From the NCBI GenBank assembly GCA_965214405.1, contig OZ243956.1:2752001-2816000 (forward strand): DNA of 64,000 nucleotides, written 5' to 3'. This DNA is from Trueperaceae bacterium. GTDB lineage: Bacteria; Deinococcota; Deinococci; Deinococcales; Trueperaceae. Under the pieces are notes generated by a model. It made no database searches and was not told the origin of the DNA. It was given only the letters and a program-made list of their open reading frames with translations. Positions 30,255 through 40,603 of this stretch are shown here, piece by piece; the stretch's first letter is position 1; every line of letters begins with the position of its first letter. Made by a program: the position numbers and the translations under genes.

Positions 30255-31388
30255 CTAATTGAGATGTCCCGGTAGCAGAGCGGGAGCATCGTCGGCGTCG
30301 GTTCTGACCTTGTTGCGGCCCTCTTGTTTGGCCCCGTAGAGGGCGGCGTCGGCGCGCTTGATGAGAACGTCCAATCCCTCGCCGCGGCTAAACTCGGCTA
30401 CCCCGAAACTCGCCGTAATGGTTCCAGCGGGCTCAAAACCATGTGCCTCGATCAGCCCCTTGAGCCGCACCGCCGAGGTGCGCGCCTCCTCTAAACCGAC
30501 CTCAGGCAGAATAATAAGAAACTCCTCACCGCCCCAGCGCCCCACGTGGTCCACGCTGCGTACGCTCGTGAAGAGCAAATCGGCCATCTCGCGGAGCACC
30601 TCATCACCCACGTCGTGACCGAGAGCGTCATTCACGCGTTTGAAGTGGTCGATGTCCAAAAGCAGCACGCAAAAAGGGTTGCCGTAGCGCGCCGCGCGCT
30701 TCTCCTCCTCTTCTAAGAGCACCTCCAAATGGCGGCGGTTGCTCACCCTGGTCAGGCCGTCGGTATTGGCAAGGTACGACATGGTGCTGGCGAGCCCGGT
30801 ATGGATTTCGGTGAGTTTGGCGAAGGCGTTAAAAATGAGGATGAGGAGGCCGCTCGAGACGTAAACCTGCCCCAAAGGGCGCAGGTCACCCAGGGATTCG
30901 CCGAGCGCGAAACGGTTCGCGCCGTGAATGAGTCCGACCGCGAAGGTCGCGCCAAAAAATACCAGCGACACACCCTTGCCGCGGCGCACGCCGAACATAA
31001 AAAAGGCCAAGCCGTATAGAATCGGAAACCAGTACCCGAACTCGCCCAACTCGCGGGCGATGTCGGCGGTTCCATGATTAATGCTGTGGTCGAAGAGCAA
31101 GAGCAGGCTGAGGCGCGCTAAAAAGTATGCGTAGACGCACACGATGAGAGACGCTTCGACGGCTCTGGTCGAAAGTTTCTTAAAATATAAGAGGATACTC
31201 AGCGCGACAAAAAAGCTCGCCACGAGAGGCCGCGCCACGGCGTCAAACGCGACCATGCGCGCCATTGGCGACTCTAAAAACCAGGCGGAAAGAAAAAACA
31301 GCACGCCCAACGGCAAGCCGAGCAGATACGTTTCTCTCTTGAACCCTTCTGCCGATTCGGCAGGCGTAAAAACAGACGTCATCCCCAT
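30255..31388 (-). CDS. Membrane-anchored diguanylate cyclase
   Basis: N-terminal TM segments; DIDHFKRVND, GRWGGEEF, ADAALY. Confidence 0.92.
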   Translation of the reverse strand: MGMTSVFTPAESAEGFKRETYLLGLPLGVLFFLSAWFLESPMARMVAFDAVARPLVASFFVALSILLYFKKLSTRAVEASLIVCVYAYFLARLSLLLLFDHSINHGTADIARELGEFGYWFPILYGLAFFMFGVRRGKGVSLVFFGATFAVGLIHGANRFALGESLGDLRPLGQVYVSSGLLILIFNAFAKLTEIHTGLASTMSYLANTDGLTRVSNRRHLEVLLEEEEKRAARYGNPFCVLLLDIDHFKRVNDALGHDVGDEVLREMADLLFTSVRSVDHVGRWGGEEFLIILPEVGLEEARTSAVRLKGLIEAHGFEPAGTITASFGVAEFSRGEGLDVLIKRADAALYGAKQEGRNKVRTDADDAPALLPGHLN

Positions 31389-31526
31389 GTAAATCCCATG
31401 TCTCTCCCGTGTGAACGCTCCCGGACGTTGCGACGTTCACCGTTCCCAAGCGTAGTGTAGGGGAAGGCGAAAAAGTTTTCTATAAAAACTTTGGCGTTGC
31501 TCCTGCTCCACTTGCAAGCTTTTCCT

Positions 31527-31553
31527 TGGAGGGAGTGGAGGGAGTGGAGGGAG
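31527..31553. repeat. TGGAGGGAG x3 perfect tandem repeat
   Basis: Read directly, intergenic. Confidence 0.9.
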
Positions 31554-31613
31554 GCTCGAGCCCGCCCAAATCAAGCGACGGTCCAGGGGTGTGCGTGGGG
31601 ATAAGATAATTTC

Positions 31614-32420
31614 ATGACTGAACGTACTCTCTTAGCCATTTTCGCCCACCCCGACGACGAAGCCTTTGGCACGGGCGGCACCCTCGCCCGCTACGCCGCC
31701 GAAGGCGTCCAGGTGCGCCTCATCTGCGCGACCAGGGGCGAGTCGGGCAAGCTCACCGACCCCGACCAGGACGCGTCTCGAGGCATCGCGGCTTTACGGG
31801 AGGACGAACTGAAAGAGGCGTGCCGGGCGCTAGGTTTAGAGCCGCCCGTGTTTCTCGACTACCACGACTCAGGCCGCCAGGAGCGCACGCAACACCATAA
31901 CCCCAAGGCGCTCATGAACGTTGACGAGGGGGAGATTGAGCTCGTTTTGAGGAAATATATTGCCGAGCTCGAGCCCACCCTCCTGCTCACCTTCGACCCC
32001 CACGGCGTCTACGGCCACATCGACCACGTCAAGATGCACCGCGCCACGAGCGCCGCCTTTTGGTCCGCGGACGGCGTGACGAACACGCCGCCCAAGCGCC
32101 TCTTTTACACGGTTTTGGCGAGTGAGCGGATGCGGGCGATGCAAGAAACGCGGGGGCGTTCGCCCCTGGCCGAGCTCGACCCCGGCGTCTACGGCGTAAA
32201 CAAAGATACATTCGCCGCCGTGCTCGACGTGTCGCCTTTTAAGGAGCAAAAAGAGGCCGCCGTCCGCGCGCACCGCAGCCAGACGGGGCCGCAGTCGTCG
32301 TTTGCCGATATGCCCGAGGAGATGTGGCGGGAGATGTTTTTGAAAGAGACGTTTACGCTGGGGGGACTCCGCGGGAGTTTTCCCGATATGCCGGTGGACG
32401 ACCTTTTCGCCGGGCTTTAA
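31614..32420 (+). CDS. PIG-L family deacetylase (BshB/MshB-like)
   Basis: FAHPDDE, TRGE, YGHIDH, AHRSQ. Confidence 0.9.
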   Translation: MTERTLLAIFAHPDDEAFGTGGTLARYAAEGVQVRLICATRGESGKLTDPDQDASRGIAALREDELKEACRALGLEPPVFLDYHDSGRQERTQHHNPKALMNVDEGEIELVLRKYIAELEPTLLLTFDPHGVYGHIDHVKMHRATSAAFWSADGVTNTPPKRLFYTVLASERMRAMQETRGRSPLAELDPGVYGVNKDTFAAVLDVSPFKEQKEAAVRAHRSQTGPQSSFADMPEEMWREMFLKETFTLGGLRGSFPDMPVDDLFAGL

Positions 32421-32431
32421 GCTGAGTCAAA

Positions 32432-32662
32432 TTAAACGAGTTCGCCCTTTGCATCGTCGAAACGGTAGGCGGTAAGCCCCTTTACCGCCCCCAGACGCTC
32501 AGCCAAGTCCTCATCTTTGACGACTGCGTAGTTCGCGCCGTCAACGCGCACGGCCTGGACCAGCCCCTCGTTCGAGGCCCACTTCCAGAGTTCCATCAAG
32601 TCTTTGTTTTTGAGGAGGACGGTGCCGGTTAGGTCTCGAGCCTCAAACGCTGGATGAATCAT
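32432..32662 (-). CDS. Small hypothetical protein
   Basis: Fills gap; TAAACT 5 nt before ATG. Confidence 0.6.
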   Translation of the reverse strand: MIHPAFEARDLTGTVLLKNKDLMELWKWASNEGLVQAVRVDGANYAVVKDEDLAERLGAVKGLTAYRFDDAKGELV

Positions 32663-32692
32663 GCTTTAGTTTACGCTTTGAAGAAGGTGACA

Positions 32693-33640
32693 TTAAAGCT
32701 TCGAAATTCGTTCTAGCAGTAATCTAAACAGACCCTCAGCATTAACCTCTGTTACCCACGAAGCATTGGAGGCTTTACCCGAGAAATTCCATGTGTCTAC
32801 AACGCTCGTTCCCATCATCAATTCCGAACCTGTCTCAACTCTTACATGTCTTTCAACGCCTCTAAATAAATCAGAGTCGAGCAAGTAAGCAACAGTCAGC
32901 ACATCATGTATGGGTGCAGTGTCTTGGCCGTAAATATCTTCGTATGCACGGTTAAAGTAATCTACAGACGCTTTTAGGATGTGAGACGCTGGTGTAGCAG
33001 CCAGGTCGTTTATGTGTTCTCGCCATACGTGGGGTACTCGAGCTTGATGCGTTGCGTCCAATCCAAAAATCGTTATGGGTCTGCCGCAAGTCAAGACGAC
33101 CTCAGCCGCGTGAGGGTCAACATAAAAGTTGAATTCTGCCGCCGCGGTGACGTTGCCCCCTTCACGGACACTGCCGCCCATAATGACAATTTCCTTGATT
33201 TTGGCAGCAACGTGGGGTGCTTGGATCAGCGCCATAGCAATATTGGTTAGGGGCGCAATACAAACTAGAGTGACGCCAAAATCATCCGCCTGCTCGAGCG
33301 TCTCAATCAGAAAATTAACCGCGTGCTCTCTTTGCAGAGGCAACTTGGGTTCATAGATCTCAATGCCGTTGAGACCGTTGATGCCGTGATACTCCTCAGC
33401 AGTAACAAGTTTACGGAACATGGGACGTTCACAACCCGCATAAACGCGAACATCTGTTTTTCCCAGCATGTCGCAGATGAGGCGAGCGTTACGCTGAGTC
33501 ATGTCGAGTTGAACGTTGCCCGCCACCGTAGTGACGCCAATGATATCAAGTTTTTCTGGTGCAGCTAACGCAAGCATTAAAGCAATAGCGTCGTCTTGTC
33601 CTGGGTCGCAATCGATAACGATAGGCAAAGGTTTAGTCAC
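32693..33640 (-). CDS. Nucleoside hydrolase (IUNH family)
   Basis: DCDPGQDDA, AEFNFYVDP, IHD; AT-richer than neighbours. Confidence 0.92.
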   Translation of the reverse strand: MTKPLPIVIDCDPGQDDAIALMLALAAPEKLDIIGVTTVAGNVQLDMTQRNARLICDMLGKTDVRVYAGCERPMFRKLVTAEEYHGINGLNGIEIYEPKLPLQREHAVNFLIETLEQADDFGVTLVCIAPLTNIAMALIQAPHVAAKIKEIVIMGGSVREGGNVTAAAEFNFYVDPHAAEVVLTCGRPITIFGLDATHQARVPHVWREHINDLAATPASHILKASVDYFNRAYEDIYGQDTAPIHDVLTVAYLLDSDLFRGVERHVRVETGSELMMGTSVVDTWNFSGKASNASWVTEVNAEGLFRLLLERISKL

Positions 33641-33772
33641 AAGAAACTATACGTCAAGCTGATTCCAGCACAAAGTTATGACCATCTTTGAAACGAAAAA
33701 AGCTAGAAACCTCACCACGCTGTGAGATGTAAACTTATAAAACAAGGCGGCAACGAAATTCTGGAATTTTAA

Positions 33773-33799
33773 GGCAGGGACATATAAATTGCCCCTGCC
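33773..33799 (-). terminator. Probable intrinsic terminator after pruA
   Basis: Stem GGCAGGGGCA/TGTCCCTGCC, 7-nt loop, AT-rich tail. Confidence 0.55.
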
Positions 33800-33806
33800 G
33801 CACCTC

Positions 33807-35360
33807 CTAAAACCGCTCGCTCACCGTCTTCATCTCCATAAAGAGCCTTAGATAGTCGGGGCCGCCCGCCTTGGCGTTCGAGCCCGAGAGCTTGTAGCCG
33901 CCAAAGGGCTGCACGCCCACGAGCGCGCCCGTGATTTTGCGGTTCAAGTAGAGGTTGCCCACCTGAAAGTCGCGGCGGGCCTGCTCGAGCCTCGCCCGAC
34001 TTTTAGAAATCACCCCGCCCGTGAGCCCGTAGACGGTCGCGTTGGCAATCTCTAGCGCGTGGTCGAAGTCGCGCGCCTTCATCACCGCAACAATGGGGCC
34101 GAAAATCTCCTCGCAGGCGATGGACGCGCTCTGCGGCACCTCGGCGAAGACGGTGGGCTGGATGAAGTAACCCTCGCCCTTCGCGCGGTCGCCCCCGGTG
34201 ACGAGGCGCGCTTCAACCTTGCCAAGCTCGAGATAATGCATAATCTTGTCCACCGCTTTTTGATTGATGACCGCGGCCACATCGGGATTCTCTTCAGCGG
34301 GACCTATGGTGAGGGCTTCCACGCGTTCGACAAACTTCTCTAACAATTCATCGTAAACCTCGTCCACGATGATAAAACGGCTCATTGCCGAGCACTTCTG
34401 CCCCTGAAAGCCGTAGCCACTCGCCGCCGCCGCCGCCGCCGCGTAGTCTAAGTCGGCGGTCTCGTCAACGATGAGCGCGTCCTTGCCGCCGAGTTCGACG
34501 AACACCTTTTTGAGCCACTTCTGGCCCGGCTGCACCTTGGCGGCGCGTTCGTTGATGCGCACCCCCGTGGCGAGCGAGCCCGTGAAGTTGATAAAGCGCG
34601 TGCGCGGGTGGTCGACTAGCGCGTCGCCCAAGTCGGCGTCGTCGCCGGTAAGCAAGTTAATCACGCCGGGGGGAAAGCCCGCCTCGGCCACGCACTCCAT
34701 AAACTTCTGCGCGATGATGGGCGTGTCGGGAGAGGGCTTGATGATGACGGTGTTGCCGACGACCACCGGGCCGACGGCGGTGCCCACGAGAATCGCTAAG
34801 AGGAAGTTCCACGGCGAGATGACCACGCCGACGCCCAGCGGGACTAAAAAGGAAGTGTTCTCCTCGCCGGGGAAATCGTAGGTCTCGAGCGGCCCGTCAA
34901 GCCTCAGCGCCTGCCGCGCGTAATACTCGCAGAAGTCGATGGCCTCGGCCACGTCGGCCTCGGCCTCGGGAAAATTTTTGGCGGCCTCCAAGGTTTCCCA
35001 GGCGGAGAGTTCCCACTTGCGGCGGCGCATCACCGCGGCGAGCTTGACAAGCGCCCTCGCGCGGTGGGCCATCGGCAACCGTGACCAGTCGTCGTAGGCG
35101 TTCCAGGCGGCGTCCATCGCCTTTTCGATTTCTTTGCTCTTGCCCTTGGCGGTGCGCCCCACCACCTCGTCCGGGCGGCTGGGGTTGCGGGACTCGAGCC
35201 ACTCCCCCGTTACGACCGTCTCGCCGTTGATAACGAGCGGGTAGTCGCGCCCAAGTTCGGCGCGCGCAGCTTTTAGCGCCTCCCGAAACGCCGCCTGCGG
35301 CTCGGGGGTCGAAAAGTCGGAGTAGGGTTCGTTGCGGTAGGGTTCAAAAAGTTCGTTCAT
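33807..35360 (-). CDS. pruA: L-glutamate gamma-semialdehyde (P5C) dehydrogenase
   Basis: ISPWNF, FTGS, ELGGK, GQKCSA, EEIFGP, GNLYLNRKITGA. Confidence 0.93.
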   Translation of the reverse strand: MNELFEPYRNEPYSDFSTPEPQAAFREALKAARAELGRDYPLVINGETVVTGEWLESRNPSRPDEVVGRTAKGKSKEIEKAMDAAWNAYDDWSRLPMAHRARALVKLAAVMRRRKWELSAWETLEAAKNFPEAEADVAEAIDFCEYYARQALRLDGPLETYDFPGEENTSFLVPLGVGVVISPWNFLLAILVGTAVGPVVVGNTVIIKPSPDTPIIAQKFMECVAEAGFPPGVINLLTGDDADLGDALVDHPRTRFINFTGSLATGVRINERAAKVQPGQKWLKKVFVELGGKDALIVDETADLDYAAAAAAASGYGFQGQKCSAMSRFIIVDEVYDELLEKFVERVEALTIGPAEENPDVAAVINQKAVDKIMHYLELGKVEARLVTGGDRAKGEGYFIQPTVFAEVPQSASIACEEIFGPIVAVMKARDFDHALEIANATVYGLTGGVISKSRARLEQARRDFQVGNLYLNRKITGALVGVQPFGGYKLSGSNAKAGGPDYLRLFMEMKTVSERF

Positions 35361-35484
35361 GGGTCTCCTGAAAAGCGCAAATCACACGCTGAAAAAGTTG
35401 AGCGAGTGTGTTTACAAAGGTCAAACAGTAGCGTCCGAAGCTGCCCGGATATTCTTCACAGTCTGTGACGCTCTCTAAATTGCC

Positions 35485-36414
35485 TTAACCAAAAAGCCCG
35501 CGCACCACGAACATCAGGTTTGCGGGGCGCTCGGCCAGACGGCGGCTGAAGTAGCCGTACCAGTCCTCACCGTAAGGCACGTAGATTCTTACCCTATGCC
35601 CCGCGGCGACGAGGCGTTCTTGCAAAGACGGTTTGACGCCGTAGAGAAGCTGAAATTCGTAGCGGTCGGTACTCAGTTCGTGCGTCTTAATATAGTCCTC
35701 GACCTCGCGGATGATGCTTTCGTCGTGCGTCGCCACATTGACTTTAGCGCCGCCGTTAAGCCCCGCGAACACCATACCCCGGTAGGTTTTATCCACATCG
35801 GCTTTGTCTTGAAAGGCTACTTTATCGCTCTCGCGGTAGGCACCCTTGACGATGCGCAAGGTAGGTTTGGGGTCCAGGGTCAAAAGCGTATTAAGATCGT
35901 CTGGGCTCCGGTAGAGGTAGCTTTGCAGAACAGTCGAGAGGTTGTGAAAACCCTCATTGTGAAGTTCCTTGTAAACCTGAAGCGTCCCGTCCACAAAGGG
36001 ATAGTTCTCCATATCGAGGCAGATGTTCGCGCCGACCTCTCGAGCCCGCGTCGCCACCCGCCGCGCGTTTTCGAGCGTTAAGTCCGTGCCCACGCCGAGC
36101 CCCAGTTGGGTGGGTTTCACGCTCATGTAGCGGTTGATGGGCTCGCCGGAGAGCACGTCCAGCGTCCGCAGGATTTCCCTGGTCATCGCCTCGACGCCTT
36201 CACGCGTGTCCACGAACTCGCCTAACAAATCAAGGATGCCGTGCAGGCCACGTTTTTCCAAATCGTGAAGCGCGGGGAGAGCGTCCTCTAGCGTTTCGCC
36301 CGCGACAAAGCGGCCCACGCCGAGCTTCCAGCCCTGGCTCTTGAGAAAGCTCGAGACGGGCGCGGCGTCGGCAACGCCCAAAAGGCCGCGGCGGTAGAGG
36401 GCGTCAAAGGTCAC
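35485..36414 (-). CDS. Proline dehydrogenase
   Basis: RFVAGE, LDME, RIVKGAY, ATHD, EFQLLYG, YFSRRLAERP. Confidence 0.93.
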   Translation of the reverse strand: MTFDALYRRGLLGVADAAPVSSFLKSQGWKLGVGRFVAGETLEDALPALHDLEKRGLHGILDLLGEFVDTREGVEAMTREILRTLDVLSGEPINRYMSVKPTQLGLGVGTDLTLENARRVATRAREVGANICLDMENYPFVDGTLQVYKELHNEGFHNLSTVLQSYLYRSPDDLNTLLTLDPKPTLRIVKGAYRESDKVAFQDKADVDKTYRGMVFAGLNGGAKVNVATHDESIIREVEDYIKTHELSTDRYEFQLLYGVKPSLQERLVAAGHRVRIYVPYGEDWYGYFSRRLAERPANLMFVVRGLFG

Positions 36415-36839
36415 CGGAAAACTCCGCAGGAACCGTATGTATCAGATGCCGTGTTTTTCATACCTCATTCTACCAACTTGGGGAACGTTTCGAAGGAGTT
36501 CACAATAGGAGAATCACTCCTACAGGAGTAAAACTTCGCATATTCGCCCCTCCCGGCCTCTGCTAAGCTCAGGCCAAGGGACGGGGCCTCAACTATGGAA
36601 CCGATACGGACATTGCGCACCACACAAGGAGACTCTTCCATCGGCGGCTGCTTTATCTATTCTCGAAAACTTTGCCGTTCAACCAGTAGCCGTGGGCGCT
36701 CGGTGAGTCCACCACAGTATATTGGTGATATTTTTGCGAGGGGCGTAGCGCGACGCGCCGCCTTTTTTGGGGCGAGTAGAAACGCCGCGCGTTCTTTTGG
36801 CAACTTCTTACCTCTTGGGCGCGTTCAAGGAACGCGGGC

Positions 36840-37514
36840 GTGAAGATTTTTCTCATTCGCCACGGCGAGACCGATTGGCAGCAGCTAGAAGCGCGCGGGG
36901 TGCGGGGTTTGGCGCGCTCGTTCGCGCCGCTCACGCCGCTGGGCCGCGTCCAGATTGACGCCATCGCCAACGACTACCGCTTGGAGGAGGCCGAGGCGAT
37001 TCTTTGTTCGTCGTACGCGCGGGCGCTCGAGTCCGCCGCGCGGCTTTCTAGGGCGCTCAACAAGCCCATCTACGTCGAGTACGACTTGCACGAATGGCTC
37101 CCCCAAAAAGACGGCGACGGTGACGACGACGAACTCACGCTCGCGCAGGCCAGCAAAGAGCTCACCTACTACACGGGTTACTTTCCCTATCCCGAACGCC
37201 GCGCGCGCCGGGAGCCGCGCTCCGAAACCAGGGAGCGCCGCGTGCCCGTGAGCGAGCGCCAAGCGCCGCCGCCCGAGGCCCGCACCTGGGAAACGTTGGA
37301 AGAGGTTCGGGCGCGCGTTATCGGCGTGTTGCAGCGCTATCGTCACCTCTCCTCCATCGTTCTGGTTTCGCACGCGGTTGTGATGACGAGTCTTCTGAAC
37401 GTAAGGCGGCCCTTTGAATACGCCGAGATCGTCCCCTTAGAACTCGATTTAGACGCGATGGTTGGAGAAGAGAGGCCGGAGGGGGCGACGACGCAGAGGG
37501 TGCCGGGTCGGTAG
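36840..37514 (+). CDS. Histidine phosphatase family protein
   Basis: LIRHGETDW, RALESA, VSH. Confidence 0.88.
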   Translation: MKIFLIRHGETDWQQLEARGVRGLARSFAPLTPLGRVQIDAIANDYRLEEAEAILCSSYARALESAARLSRALNKPIYVEYDLHEWLPQKDGDGDDDELTLAQASKELTYYTGYFPYPERRARREPRSETRERRVPVSERQAPPPEARTWETLEEVRARVIGVLQRYRHLSSIVLVSHAVVMTSLLNVRRPFEYAEIVPLELDLDAMVGEERPEGATTQRVPGR

Positions 37515-37605
37515 AGGCGCACGGCTTTTTCCACACCCTGCGTTCCCGCTTCGCGCTTTCTCACCTCCCACTGCTCGTTTTATGCTGCCCGTTTTATGAT
37601 GAGGC

Positions 37606-38217
37606 ATGATAGACCATCCTCTCGTTCTCTCGGGCCAGTCGGTGCGGCTCGAGCCCCTAGAACCCCACCACATCCCCGCACTCATGGCTATCGCGCAAAA
37701 ATCGCCTGAAGAATACCGCTACACCTCGACGCCCGTAACCGAGGCGCAGCAGGATAAATATTTTGAAGCGGCGTTTAAGGGCCAGAAGGCAGGGACGGCG
37801 TATCCTTTTGTGCTGCTGGACGCGCGCACAAGCCAAATTATTGGCAGCAGCCGCTATAGCGACATCATCTGGCGGCACCGCAACTGCGAACTCGGTTATA
37901 CCTGGCTTGACCCTGCGTATCAGGGGAGCGCGGTCAATGTGGAGAGCAAGTTCTTGATGCTCGAGCACGCTTTTGAAACTTTGAAGTTCCTGCGCGTCCA
38001 GATTCACACCGACACCCGCAACACCCGCTCACAAAAAGCCATCGAGGCGTTGGGCGCGACCTTTGAGGGTGTGCTGCGCCGCCACATGGTCGCCAAAGAC
38101 GGCTTTGTGCGCGACACCAATGTTTATTCCGTCGTGGACACGGACTGGCCCGAGGTCAAAAAAAGGCTAGAAGAACGCGTCGCTCAAAAGCTAGCGTGGG
38201 TGAACGCGGAGGGGTAG
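37606..38217 (+). CDS. GNAT (RimJ/RimL-like) acetyltransferase
   Basis: ELGYTWL, NTRSQKAIEALGATFEG. Confidence 0.9.
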   Translation: MIDHPLVLSGQSVRLEPLEPHHIPALMAIAQKSPEEYRYTSTPVTEAQQDKYFEAAFKGQKAGTAYPFVLLDARTSQIIGSSRYSDIIWRHRNCELGYTWLDPAYQGSAVNVESKFLMLEHAFETLKFLRVQIHTDTRNTRSQKAIEALGATFEGVLRRHMVAKDGFVRDTNVYSVVDTDWPEVKKRLEERVAQKLAWVNAEG

Positions 38218-39504
38218 GCCGCCCTTAGGATGGACCGTGTTGCCCGTTTCCTCAATGGGGTCGGCCCAGGCGGGCTCGAGCCGAAAGCGCCTGAAGAGCT
38301 CCCGCACCGTCTCCGAGATGACGAGCGTCGCAAGCCCCGCGCCGATGCAGTAACGCGCGCCGCCGCCGAAGGGAATATAGAGCGCGGGCGAGGGTTTGTC
38401 AGCGTCCGGTTGGCTGCGGTCCCAGCGGTCGGGGTCGAAGCGTTCCGGGTCGCGCCAGGCCGCGCCGCGGTGCGTGAGGTGGGTTGAAAACGCGACAAGA
38501 CTCCCCGCCGGGATGCGGTAGCCCGCAAAGGAAAAATCCTCGGCGGCTTGCCTCAAAATAGCGGGAACGGGCGGGTAGAGCCGCAGCGTTTCCTTGATGA
38601 CGCGCTCCAAATAGACCGTTTCCTCTCCCGCCAACTCCTCCAAAAAGCGCGCCTGCACCTCCGGACGGTGCAAGTTGTAAACCGTCCAGGTGAGCGCGGC
38701 GGAGGTTGTGTCGAAACCCGCCGACACGAGGCTCACCGCGCCGTCGCGCACCTCGCGGTCGGAAAGTTTTTGCCCCGTCTCGTCCTCCGCCGTGAGGAGG
38801 AGCGAGAGCACATCCTGGCCCGTTTCGTCTCTTGGATGGCGACCGCGCCGCGCGATTTCGGCCCAGAGCACCGCGTCGGTGGTGCGGCGCGCGCGTAGAA
38901 ATGCGTGCCAGGGCGTGCCGGGTAGGGGGAGCTTGAAAAGCTGCGCGAAAAAAGAGCGGTTGGCAAACGTCATCATCGCGCCCACGCTGCTCACAACCTC
39001 GGGGTGGCGCGCCAGCGCGTCGGCTCCCAACAAAATCTCGCAGATGCTGGCGAGGACGGCGGGTTTGACGGCGTCGTAGAGGTGGACCGTCTGGGGGGGC
39101 TGCCAGGACTCAAAAAGCCGCGCGTTTTGCGCCCTGATGATGGTTGCTGAGCGCTCCAAGCCCCGCTTGTGAAAAGCGGGCTGCACCATACGGCGGCGTC
39201 TCAAGTGGTCGGGCTCGTCGCTGGAGATAAGCGCGCCCGCCCCGCCGATGGGTTCCAAAAAGCGGTAGGCGGGGCGCAACCGAAAAACCTCGGGCCGCTC
39301 GAGCATCAACCGGTTTGCCTCTTCACCGATAAGCCAGACGAAACGGATGGGAGGCACGCCAAACGCGAACGCCTCGCCGTAGCCGTTGTAAAGCCTCGAG
39401 ACCGCCGCGTTGGGCGACTTTGCCGCAAGCCGCATTACCTCGAGATGTTCGCGGCCCTTGGGTGAAGGAACGAGCGGGAGAGAAACCGCCTGGGTGGACG
39501 CCAT
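38191..39504 (-). CDS. Cytochrome P450
   Basis: AGFDTT, ETLR, PERF, heme motif FGGGARYCIG. Confidence 0.93.
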   Translation of the reverse strand: MASTQAVSLPLVPSPKGREHLEVMRLAAKSPNAAVSRLYNGYGEAFAFGVPPIRFVWLIGEEANRLMLERPEVFRLRPAYRFLEPIGGAGALISSDEPDHLRRRRMVQPAFHKRGLERSATIIRAQNARLFESWQPPQTVHLYDAVKPAVLASICEILLGADALARHPEVVSSVGAMMTFANRSFFAQLFKLPLPGTPWHAFLRARRTTDAVLWAEIARRGRHPRDETGQDVLSLLLTAEDETGQKLSDREVRDGAVSLVSAGFDTTSAALTWTVYNLHRPEVQARFLEELAGEETVYLERVIKETLRLYPPVPAILRQAAEDFSFAGYRIPAGSLVAFSTHLTHRGAAWRDPERFDPDRWDRSQPDADKPSPALYIPFGGGARYCIGAGLATLVISETVRELFRRFRLEPAWADPIEETGNTVHPKGGLPLRVHPR

Positions 39505-39635
39505 ATATTCACCATACGGCAGGCACGGGCCAGAAACTGGGTGGTGTCAACCTTTGCTGCTTATGAACGTCCTTATCAGAGATAAGGCCAGCACTCCGCA
39601 CCTTACTTCTTGCTTCTCCCGTTCCTAATGACGTC

Positions 39636-40328
39636 TCACCTGATGCCGTGCAGAATCTCCTCGAGCCCCTCCGGGTCGTCTAAATAAACCTCCTTGGGCC
39701 GCGTCGAGATGACGCCCTCGCCCTCCAAAGTCTTGAGCGCCCGCGTGACCGTTTCGCGGCTCGTGCCCGCCAGGCTGGCTAAATCCTGGTGTGTGAGGCG
39801 CACGAGCGTCCGGCCGTCGCCGGTAAATTCGACCAAGCCGTTGTGGTGAAGCCGCAAGAGCACATAGGCCACCCGGCCCTGCGCGTCTTTGTAGGAGAGC
39901 ACCTGCGCCTCGTCGTTCATGCCGCCCAGGCGGTTGGTGAGCGTGGTGGTGACGTTGAGACTGATTGCGGGGTAGCCTGTGAGGAGCTTTCGAAAATCGT
40001 TCTCGAACATCATCAGCACTTCGGTCTGGTTGATGGTTACCGCGGTCGCGGAGCGCCGCGCGTCGCTCAAGAGCGCCATCTCGCCGAAAAACTCGGGCGT
40101 CTTGAGGATGGCGAGCGTTTTCTCGTGGCCTTCCAAGTCAACTTTGGAGAGTTTGACCATGCCCTGAGAGAGGATGTAGAGTGCTTCGCCCTCGTCGCCC
40201 TCGCGGAAAAGTACCGTGTCCGCCTCGAAACGCCGCCGCTGGACCACCGACGCCGCCACCTCCAAGGCCCGGTCCGGCACCCCGCGAAAAAGCGGGACGG
40301 TGGCGAGAAAGTCCTGCGTCTCGGTCAC
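39636..40328 (-). CDS. Crp/Fnr family transcriptional regulator
   Basis: FFGEMALL..RSAT cNMP pocket; GTSRETVTR HTH; SD before GTG 40328 (ORF open to 40355). Confidence 0.92.
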   Translation of the reverse strand: MTETQDFLATVPLFRGVPDRALEVAASVVQRRRFEADTVLFREGDEGEALYILSQGMVKLSKVDLEGHEKTLAILKTPEFFGEMALLSDARRSATAVTINQTEVLMMFENDFRKLLTGYPAISLNVTTTLTNRLGGMNDEAQVLSYKDAQGRVAYVLLRLHHNGLVEFTGDGRTLVRLTHQDLASLAGTSRETVTRALKTLEGEGVISTRPKEVYLDDPEGLEEILHGIR

Positions 40329-40603
40329 AGCCTCTCCCTGGTTACCTTTGACCATAACGCTGTGAGCCTCTGAGGAAGTCGTGACGGGCGCTGTGCAGAA
40401 GAGAGTAGAACACCGTTGCTGATAGGTTTGGCTGCCATGAAGTCCATAAGTGCTCGCAGCTTACCACGCGCCCCTCCCCGCGGCGCTTGCGCTTTTTCGC
40501 ACTTTTACCCGCACGCGTCTAAACATGACTCGCGGGACGGTTTAGTGGCTATAGTAGAAGCGTGAGTCGTGTGACTAGTAGTGCGAATGTGAGTAGTGCA
40601 AAT

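Noticed and set aside
36540..36840. Riboswitch or ncRNA in the long leader of the histidine phosphatase
   Set aside because: No recognisable aptamer consensus or terminator; cannot be supported without an Rfam search.
38191..38217. 27-bp convergent overlap of GNAT and P450 genes
   Set aside because: Short tail-to-tail overlaps are common.
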